Below, in pieces: positions 56,911 to 64,000 of a stretch of DNA of 64,000 nucleotides. A model generated the notes under the pieces. That model was not told the DNA's origin. It did no database searches and saw only the letters and a list, made by a program, of their open reading frames with translations. The position numbers and the translations under genes were made by a program. The DNA is taken from the IMG/VR virus record IMGVR_UViG_3300028557_000015, positions 1 through 64,000 of that record. One strand, given 5' to 3'. Every line of letters starts with the position of its first letter. Position 1 is the stretch's first letter. This DNA is from an uncultured virus (IMG/VR IMGVR_UViG_3300028557_000015). Lineage: Duplodnaviria > Heunggongvirae > Uroviricota > Caudoviricetes.

Positions 56911-58476
56911 TTAATGTTTAGTGTGCGCTTTGATACATTCTCTCCAGTAACTCTTTAGTTCTGGAAATGTTTCTATAAAATTCGTTTGCCTGCGTCTATC
57001 ATATTCTGTGATGAACAGGTAGAAGTTCTTTTTATTTAGTAGTAATTGATCCTGGGGTAGAGATTCTTTCATTATAGCAAGGTCTCGCTTGATTTTCAAT
57101 AGCTCATATGGTTTAAAGCCTTCGAATGTTTCCAAATAGTCGTCACCTTGTACATTATCTTCCATGTACTTTAAGCAACGTTCTACTTCATCGATACCAT
57201 ATTGTCCTGCATTTTGAATACTGAACCAGGGAGGGTATCTTAGTATTGGAATATCAAAGAATACACGTTGATATTTCTTCTGGGTATAAACTTTGTGTAC
57301 AATGTCGTTCTCTTTTTCTACCTCAGTTTGTTCGGGTGCAATTTCAAATTCAACTTGACTTCTTCCACCAAACTCTGCTCTTAACTCTAGTACCATCTCC
57401 AAGAACTTATGTAAGCTAGGAATGGACATGATATTAAATGTATTGATAAAGCTAACAGTACTGTACTTTGTCTCACGCAAGAAGGTTCTAACGTTATCCA
57501 ACATGCGTTCAAACTCTAACCCAGTACGCATATATTCTGCTTGCTCGCCAAACCCATCAAGTGATACAAACAACCAAAAGTGTTTAAATCCTTTATCTAC
57601 GTACCAGTTATTACCACTATGTACGTTGAAGTTTTCTTTATCCTCGTATGTGCGTAGTTCTTCTAATGCTTTAACTTTCTCGACAAACTTGTCAAATAAC
57701 TTTTGATCCGGAGGACACATGTTACTTGTTATAGATAACTCAAGTTGACCATGTGGATTCTCATTCACATAGTCTAAGACTTTGAAAGTGTTCTTATCCA
57801 TAAGTGGCTCACCACCTGTCATTCTGAACACACGTAGTTTACGATAGATTTCAGGGAACCATTGCCAAAATGCTTCAACATAAGGATTGTCTTTATTAGA
57901 CACTTTGAGTGGCATCATTCCTTTTTGTTCTAATGCTTCTAAGTTATTATGTGTCATTCCGGTTAATTGATAACCACCGTGCTTCTTAACTTCTTCTTCC
58001 CAACTACTGGAAAGATGTGGACTACAATACATACATTTAAAGTTACATGCTTGATTGAAATTGACTTCTATATATCGAGGGACAACATCATAGTCAAACT
58101 TGTTTTCAGTGACTTCTTCAAATGTAGGTGCATTCCACCATTCACTACTGCGATAATGTCTGTCACTCATATGACCTTTGGGATCATCACTTTTAGCATC
58201 TTCTACTTTCCAACAATAGCTACAACCTTCAGGACGTTTACCCTCAAGCATTTGTTTACGTTCGTGTATTTTGGTAGGAGTATTGTGTAGTACACTGGGC
58301 TTATCTTTCAATAACTCCAATGGTATCTTGTGGGTGGGTGGGTGATAACAACTTTGAGTCAATCCACTAGGCAAGTGAATAGATACTTGTTGCCATTTAG
58401 CAAGACATAGTGATGGACTGACCGCATTTAAGCGGTCACGCATGTCTCTAGCAAACTGGTCGTACTCACCGCTCAT
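56911..58476 (-). CDS. radical SAM protein (subfamily A)
   Basis: CNFKCMYC, TGGEP; N-terminal CLAKW..SCYHP..CSYC. Confidence 0.92.
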   Translation of the reverse strand: MSGEYDQFARDMRDRLNAVSPSLCLAKWQQVSIHLPSGLTQSCYHPPTHKIPLELLKDKPSVLHNTPTKIHERKQMLEGKRPEGCSYCWKVEDAKSDDPKGHMSDRHYRSSEWWNAPTFEEVTENKFDYDVVPRYIEVNFNQACNFKCMYCSPHLSSSWEEEVKKHGGYQLTGMTHNNLEALEQKGMMPLKVSNKDNPYVEAFWQWFPEIYRKLRVFRMTGGEPLMDKNTFKVLDYVNENPHGQLELSITSNMCPPDQKLFDKFVEKVKALEELRTYEDKENFNVHSGNNWYVDKGFKHFWLFVSLDGFGEQAEYMRTGLEFERMLDNVRTFLRETKYSTVSFINTFNIMSIPSLHKFLEMVLELRAEFGGRSQVEFEIAPEQTEVEKENDIVHKVYTQKKYQRVFFDIPILRYPPWFSIQNAGQYGIDEVERCLKYMEDNVQGDDYLETFEGFKPYELLKIKRDLAIMKESLPQDQLLLNKKNFYLFITEYDRRRQTNFIETFPELKSYWRECIKAHTKH

Positions 58477-59429
58477 TACCAGCCCTGAATCTGACGAATA
58501 ACTTCCATCTCTGTTACCAGTGGGCCACGATTGTATTTGTCTGCCCCATAATGACGTTTAAAGAATTTACTTTGTAAGCCATCTAATGTAGCCATAGGTA
58601 GTCCTAGTTTATCATGTAGTGCGGCTCCTAACAATGCTGATTCACGCACAGGATCTCTATTCACATGTTCTTCCCACAATGTGATATAGTTGTCAAACCA
58701 TTGAACATTAGTGTGATCCCATTCTGTAAGCATAGTCATATATGTACCAAGACGAGCACCATATATAGCCCATTCACCATTCTCAACATCCATACCAACA
58801 TTATGCCATATGGTCAGATTGTCTAAGTTACGACTTGCCACCGTTTCTTTAAATTGGTCTACAGTAGGGCGTGCACCTCTATCCAAACTCATCTTAACAC
58901 CTTCACGGAAACCTGCACGCCAAGCTTGGAATGGTGTCATGTTTGGATATGTAGTTGAATAACAATCCCACATAGCCCAATACAAGTTGTCATCACCTCC
59001 CATACAGAAGTCAGCAATACGTGAAACATCTCCGTCTTTCTGATGTTCATGGGTTTTCATGTTAGCCACATATTCTTTAGTCCATGAACTCATGCCACCA
59101 TTACCATAACGCAATCCGTTGATGTTATTGATAGCTTTCCAACGAAACTGCGCTTGTCTAAACTTTTCGTCTTTGCCTGTAAAGTCTAATTGAATGTTGA
59201 AAAAACTTTCTTCTGGCATGTTGTCGCCATCAATTAGAATGAAGCGTTCTGTATCACTTGCCTCACCTGCGGCTTTGTGTGCGGCATCACTACCTTTAAC
59301 ATTGTCAACACGTTTTGCCCAAGGCACCATGTGTTTGACTTTAAGCCAAAATTCTTCTTTTTGTGGTTCATCATAGCTAAGATAAATGCAATCTAAGTCT
59401 GCTACATCAATAATATCATTCGAGTTCAT
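58476..59429 (-). CDS. GT-A-like glycosyltransferase
   Basis: DCIYLSYDEP, VKGSDAAHKAA, DxD motif IDGDN, AWRAGFREGVK. Confidence 0.7.
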   Translation of the reverse strand: MNSNDIIDVADLDCIYLSYDEPQKEEFWLKVKHMVPWAKRVDNVKGSDAAHKAAGEASDTERFILIDGDNMPEESFFNIQLDFTGKDEKFRQAQFRWKAINNINGLRYGNGGMSSWTKEYVANMKTHEHQKDGDVSRIADFCMGGDDNLYWAMWDCYSTTYPNMTPFQAWRAGFREGVKMSLDRGARPTVDQFKETVASRNLDNLTIWHNVGMDVENGEWAIYGARLGTYMTMLTEWDHTNVQWFDNYITLWEEHVNRDPVRESALLGAALHDKLGLPMATLDGLQSKFFKRHYGADKYNRGPLVTEMEVIRQIQGW

Positions 59430-59751
59430 AAGTTGTTAATTTCCAATTAATAGTTTTACCTTTGTAGTTTTTATCTACTACAATACTAATATCTTCTTCG
59501 GCACAAATAATACCATCTTCCTTATTGGGCATAAGCTTTGATACAACTGCACTTGTAACTACAGTAGATATTTTCCCGTCAATAATCCTAACGTCCGGTC
59601 TACCTATTGCATATGTTGTTGCATCGATAACAATGTAATTACCTTCTGGTTTTTCACAGGTATAAAATAATACATTACCTTTATCATCATAATATAACCT
59701 GAATTCAGGTTTAGTGATAGTTGGTGCTTCCCAAAGTATTACGTGTTCCAT
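59416..59751 (-). CDS. hypothetical protein
   Basis: 111-aa ORF between the GT-like genes. Confidence 0.6.
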   Translation of the reverse strand: MEHVILWEAPTITKPEFRLYYDDKGNVLFYTCEKPEGNYIVIDATTYAIGRPDVRIIDGKISTVVTSAVVSKLMPNKEDGIICAEEDISIVVDKNYKGKTINWKLTTYELE

Positions 59752-60512
59752 TTGTATTTCTCTATAATTTTATCACTAAAAGACTTTATATGATAGTGAA
59801 ATGGATATTCTTGTACATAAGTATTCACCTTAATTGCGTCAGGTGTACATTCATATACCAAAGTATCAGTCCAATTTTCAGTAAATGTTCCGGTGACAAA
59901 CTGTTTCATATGTATCATACAAAATTCGTTAAAATTGGGTAGTGTGGTTTTTTCTACTCCAATTATATGACTTGCAATTGCATAAACCCAATCAGTTGTT
60001 GCTTCTTCTGTGGGATTACATTTTAGTATTGCTTTGTATTCTTCCCAATTTTCAAACACATCTCTAACTATTCTGTAAAACTTTTCTGCTGTATCTGATT
60101 TTTTAAAATATGTAATAGCATTATAGATATCAGGTAAATTGTTATCATCAATAAACTTTCTATAAACTCTTATATCAGAAATTTCACCTTTGTAGTTACG
60201 TATCTTTGTACATAATGTCACATCATTGATTGATAAGATATCAAACCAATGTTCAATACTACGGGGTAAAAATATGTCAGCTTCTAATTTAATTGTTTCA
60301 TCATATGGGCTTGCTTCATATACTTGCCAATCATTTATAAGTTTCCAATCACTGTCTGGTGCTTGATCGCCGTACGGTAACATATCAGTTGTAATGATGG
60401 TTACATTGGCATCAGGCATAACTCGCTTGATACTTATTTCTAATGCTTTGGCACACTTAACATAGTCAGTTTTTTCTGTGTTCTGCGCCATGATTACAAA
60501 ACCTCTAGTCAT
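59739..60512 (-). CDS. nucleotide-diphospho-sugar transferase-like protein
   Basis: RGFVIMAQN, SPYDETIKLEAD, HMK, PFHYH. Confidence 0.7.
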   Translation of the reverse strand: MTRGFVIMAQNTEKTDYVKCAKALEISIKRVMPDANVTIITTDMLPYGDQAPDSDWKLINDWQVYEASPYDETIKLEADIFLPRSIEHWFDILSINDVTLCTKIRNYKGEISDIRVYRKFIDDNNLPDIYNAITYFKKSDTAEKFYRIVRDVFENWEEYKAILKCNPTEEATTDWVYAIASHIIGVEKTTLPNFNEFCMIHMKQFVTGTFTENWTDTLVYECTPDAIKVNTYVQEYPFHYHIKSFSDKIIEKYKWNT

Positions 60513-61312
60513 TCTATTAATTCCATAAAGTTAAGTTTATTCATCACATGAAAATCCATGTCTTTGATTGTTGTATATTCTTTTTTGACTTTACCTCGTT
60601 GCCAATTATCATATATTATAGTATATTGATTATTAAATTCATTGTCATTATTTCTATAGATATGTACATTCTTTTGACCTAAATGAACTAAATTCCACGG
60701 GATAAAATCTTGGTCAACTGAGGTATGTCCATTAACTATTCTAAGTGCAAGAGTTAATGCATAATCATTTCTAAATGTTCCAGCAACGAATCCATGTAAA
60801 TTACTGTAATGTTCAAAGTTTTTCTGAACCATTTCTAAACATTCAAATATTTGTTTAGTACGATTTGATTTTTTAAATGCAACAACAGTAGCCCATAATG
60901 TTTCAAAACTATAAACACTAAGAACTTCTTGTACTAAGCCAGGTTGCATCAAATAACTTGTTTTATTGTGACAACAGAAATCATCATAATAATTAAATAT
61001 GTCTAGTATCTTATTTGAGTTGACCATATAGTCAGTATCAAGCAACAATGTTTCATCGTATGGACTTAGTTCATACGCCTGATAGCGACCTTTATTGATC
61101 CAAATTCCCCAGTCTCTGTTATTGCTTTTGTCAGGTTCAACTAATATTGTGTTATCAAATTTGTAAGGATCGTTAGAAACTGAAGATTCATCTGTCACAA
61201 CTGTTACAGGCATATCTAAAAAGTGATTGATTCGTTTTGCAGTAGCAACTGCCATTTTATAGTAATCAAACTTTGGCGAGTTGAATGCAAATAATATTGC
61301 CCCTCTACTCAT
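60509..61312 (-). CDS. nucleotide-diphospho-sugar transferase-like protein
   Basis: RGAILFAFN, SPYDETLLLDTD (DxD), FRNDYA, DFHVMNK; paralogue of 59739..60512. Confidence 0.72.
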   Translation of the reverse strand: MSRGAILFAFNSPKFDYYKMAVATAKRINHFLDMPVTVVTDESSVSNDPYKFDNTILVEPDKSNNRDWGIWINKGRYQAYELSPYDETLLLDTDYMVNSNKILDIFNYYDDFCCHNKTSYLMQPGLVQEVLSVYSFETLWATVVAFKKSNRTKQIFECLEMVQKNFEHYSNLHGFVAGTFRNDYALTLALRIVNGHTSVDQDFIPWNLVHLGQKNVHIYRNNDNEFNNQYTIIYDNWQRGKVKKEYTTIKDMDFHVMNKLNFMELIE

Positions 61313-61614
61313 CTCTTGTTCTCTATTTCTTTATAATCGTTATACCATGCTAGCATAATAGATGTACGGGTTTCTTTAAGTTTGGTTAAAAGAGTGATTC
61401 TATTAACGTTAACTGGATTATTAAAATTGTCAATTAAAATCATCTCCTCATCATCTGAAGAATTTAAAAAATTAATTGTTTCCGGGTCGGCTTTCCAAAG
61501 CCCACCTTGATCGGCTAGTATTAGTTTTCCATCGTATTTGTCTTTTAATTGCGCTTTGGCAGTATTGAGATTGAAGCGGGCTTTAGCCTCGCTGATTAAG
61601 GTTTTGGTATCCAT
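61309..61614 (-). CDS. hypothetical protein, first gene of the modification operon
   Basis: SD AGGAG; late box CTAAATA at 61636-61642. Confidence 0.65.
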   Translation of the reverse strand: MDTKTLISEAKARFNLNTAKAQLKDKYDGKLILADQGGLWKADPETINFLNSSDDEEMILIDNFNNPVNVNRITLLTKLKETRTSIMLAWYNDYKEIENKR

Positions 61615-61665
61615 CTATAACTCCTGACTTAAGAGTATTTAGATAGATACCAATCTATTGAAAAA

Positions 61666-62619
61666 TTAAGATACTGAAACTGAACCAGCCAATGAGATTG
61701 TACCCCATGTATTGGCTAAATTAGTAACTTCTGGTGGACGAACTGTTAATACTGTTGTTGAACCTGTACCAACTGTTAAGCCGTTTGGAATTTCATCCCA
61801 AACTGTAGTGATTGTAATAACGTTACCAACGTCACCATTACTACCAACTGTACCATTTGTCTTAACAAAGATGTTGATGTTAGTTGATAGATAACCTGCT
61901 GGGCCGGTTGATGCTGTTTGATAGTAAACATTAGCATTACTTGTTGTTAGTGCATAGTAACCGCTGTTAGCACTGATAGTTGGTGAATTTCCACCACCAC
62001 CTATACGTGTGACACCGCTATATGGTGTTCCAGCAATAGTTACTGTACCTGATGTAGGAGCAGACAATACAACTGTACCAACATTAGAACACAAGTTATT
62101 TAATAATAAATTGATACCGGCAGTATTATTAGCATGTGATACAGTCATTGCTAATTGACCACCTGAATTAAAGAAGTAACGTGCCGCATCTCCGTTTGCA
62201 AAAGTAACTGTTTGCGTAAAGGTTGCAATACTTGTCCAAGTGGCACCGGCTACTACAGTATTTGATGTAGTAGAGCTTTGCGTTGCCGCATTCAATCTAC
62301 TTGTATAAATGGTTGTTAGATTAGTAGGAATAGCAGAAAGATATGTAATTGTTCCACCTGTTGCTGGGGCAGTTACGCTGGTGATAGAAGTACCCTGATG
62401 TGTGGCTGCATTTGCAGTTCTATTTACTAAATTAGCCCAACTTGATGCTAAAATAGTATCACCGGTTGCAACGTTTGCTAATGCAGGTTGACCATAACCA
62501 GCTGTGGTACCACCGGTAGCCCAAACAGTATTCAATGTTCCTGATGCTGTAGCCGGGTTTCCTCCAACTAAAGCATTGTAATCTGCGGCTGCAATTGTTT
62601 GATATTGTGCGTAACTCAT
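61666..62619 (-). CDS. virion structural (tail/baseplate) protein
   Basis: Thr/Ser/Asn/Gly-rich; GYGQ and ARYFFNSGG motifs; follows the tail-fibre gene. Confidence 0.65.
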   Translation of the reverse strand: MSYAQYQTIAAADYNALVGGNPATASGTLNTVWATGGTTAGYGQPALANVATGDTILASSWANLVNRTANAATHQGTSITSVTAPATGGTITYLSAIPTNLTTIYTSRLNAATQSSTTSNTVVAGATWTSIATFTQTVTFANGDAARYFFNSGGQLAMTVSHANNTAGINLLLNNLCSNVGTVVLSAPTSGTVTIAGTPYSGVTRIGGGGNSPTISANSGYYALTTSNANVYYQTASTGPAGYLSTNINIFVKTNGTVGSNGDVGNVITITTVWDEIPNGLTVGTGSTTVLTVRPPEVTNLANTWGTISLAGSVSVS

Positions 62620-62628
62620 TGTTTATCC

Positions 62629-63861
62629 TTAATTTATTTTAACGAAGGCTTCTACGGCCCCTATTTCATCTGTCAGTTTATCTTCCAATGAACGACCGAT
62701 AGTGTTGAATGCAGTTGCCTCACCCTTTTGTGCGGCACGTGCCATACCATTGCCTGCGCTTACTAAACGCTGGCCTTTTTTAACTTTACCTATAACCTTA
62801 ACTTGAACTCGTCCACCAACTGCAATTGCAGGATGGGTGTCATCATTACCTGCCATAGCGTTCATCAAGTAACCCGCAGTTGACGATACAACACCAAATA
62901 CATCTTCTGATAATTCGTATTGCACCGCAGTAATTTCTTTGTCTCCGCCCATCTCAACAACAGTACCTGCATCATAGAAAGCATCAGCTTCAAAGCGTTC
63001 TGCCAAGTCAGCATAAGTTGACTGTAGTCGTGATCCTGCACTTAGTGTGAAATTACCTGTCATTGTACCGGCTGTTGTATTTGATCCAGTTGTTAATGTT
63101 GTTAATGTAACAGTTGTTGCAAGAATTGCGCCGTTGTATACTGGTAGAAGTGCTTGTACATTACTATTTGAGTAAGTGCCTCCAAAATTGATATTGGCGC
63201 CATTGGCATAATAATAACCATCTGTTCTAATACCTAAGGGACTACCTACTCCGCCTACCACTAAGTTACCACCAGTAACCCACATACTTGTACCAGCAAT
63301 GCTATTAGCAGTACCTGCACCGTTCTGAGTTAATACACCTGTTAATGTTACTGCGGTTGACTGTGATCCTGCATTGATAGATTGAGTAAACAATGAACCA
63401 ATATTACCAGTACCAATGTTTGCTGTACCTGAACTAATATTTGCTGTAGAACTTACAGAAATATTTGTAAAAATTCCATTTGCGCCTTGAACATTATTAA
63501 CAGCAGTAACATTATTTGCTGATAAATTACCGGTAACTTGAACTGAACCAAAAGTAGTTGTGGAGTTTGCTGAACTTACAGCTAATGACACCCACGCATT
63601 TGCGTTTGATAATCCATCTGTAGGGCAAACATACAATGTGTTTGCATTAGTGTTATACCATAATTGACCAGTTAACGGATTAGCTGGTGGTGTTGTATCT
63701 GCAAAATTTTCTAGTTGGTGAACAAAGTTTGTGTCTAGTGTTTGACCATAACCAGCAAAGTTTCTTCCAGGAAGTCCTACGGAAGTGCTAGTGGTATTTA
63801 TGGTACCGTCAGCGATGGTCGTTAGAACAGTTCCATCACTTTTTACAATTGTATATGCCAT
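62629..63861 (-). CDS. tail fibre/baseplate protein with C-terminal intramolecular-chaperone-like domain
   Basis: N-terminal G.N..GYG...NFVH.LENFA...P..P..GQLWY; beta-rich shaft; C-terminal YADLAE...GRVQVKV. Confidence 0.75.
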   Translation of the reverse strand: MAYTIVKSDGTVLTTIADGTINTTSTSVGLPGRNFAGYGQTLDTNFVHQLENFADTTPPANPLTGQLWYNTNANTLYVCPTDGLSNANAWVSLAVSSANSTTTFGSVQVTGNLSANNVTAVNNVQGANGIFTNISVSSTANISSGTANIGTGNIGSLFTQSINAGSQSTAVTLTGVLTQNGAGTANSIAGTSMWVTGGNLVVGGVGSPLGIRTDGYYYANGANINFGGTYSNSNVQALLPVYNGAILATTVTLTTLTTGSNTTAGTMTGNFTLSAGSRLQSTYADLAERFEADAFYDAGTVVEMGGDKEITAVQYELSEDVFGVVSSTAGYLMNAMAGNDDTHPAIAVGGRVQVKVIGKVKKGQRLVSAGNGMARAAQKGEATAFNTIGRSLEDKLTDEIGAVEAFVKIN

Positions 63862-63893
63862 TTATATTACTCCGGTGTTCTCTTTTATTTATC

Positions 63894-64000
63894 TTATATC
63901 GTCACTAAGTTCGTTAGTGCTTGGATTCTGACAGTATAATCTATCTGAATTTGTCTATTTAAACTCTTTTGGACTGGGTGAAAAATAACGTGCGTCAATA
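63894..64000 (-). CDS. 3' end of a structural protein (partial)
   Basis: ...LTHVIFHPVQKSLNRQIQIDYTVRIQALTNLVTI-stop; runs off the window end. Confidence 0.6.
   Translation of the reverse strand, partial: LTHVIFHPVQKSLNRQIQIDYTVRIQALTNLVTI

Noticed and set aside
38135..58476. Radical-SAM genes as a 7-deazaguanine (QueE), NrdG or MoaA pathway
   Set aside because: Too long, with extra Cys domains; no QueC/QueD/FolE/DpdA, NrdD or Moa partners in the window
40237..59376. Numerous short plus-strand ORFs across the radical-SAM array as RiPP precursors
   Set aside because: All lie antisense within long minus-strand genes and lack SDs or shared motifs
1..64000. Alternative genetic code (stop-codon reassignment)
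   Set aside because: The standard code gives dense, full-length genes, and TAA, TGA and TAG all serve as stops

Overview
The window looks like part of a large, AT-rich T4-related dsDNA phage genome, with almost all genes on the minus strand. It carries core replication, recombination and packaging genes: UvsY, UvsX, gp32 SSB, gp17 large terminase and a canonical ThyA. It also has head, baseplate, tail-fibre and spanin genes, two free-standing GIY-YIG endonucleases and a MoxR AAA + VWA/metallopeptidase pair. Regulatory signals include nine sigma70-type early promoters and many T4-late-like NTAAATA boxes, several of which appear to make leaderless mRNAs. Two things stand out. (1) A ~30 kb modification locus (31.6-61.6 kb) lies directly downstream of tail-fibre genes. 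It has 14 near-contiguous radical-SAM paralogues, 13 of them with an N-terminal Cys-rich auxiliary domain, plus a carbamoyltransferase, three SGNH-like proteins, an SDR, several glycosyltransferase-like proteins, a 1357-aa tandem-repeat protein and an unannotated 34-aa peptide. This may be an undescribed phage glycan or virion tailoring system. (2) A two-piece (circularly permuted) tmRNA gene with tag ANDSVYSLAA sits at ~31.4-31.65 kb and is not shown by the ORF track. All assignments come from motif reading only; no database searches were run.
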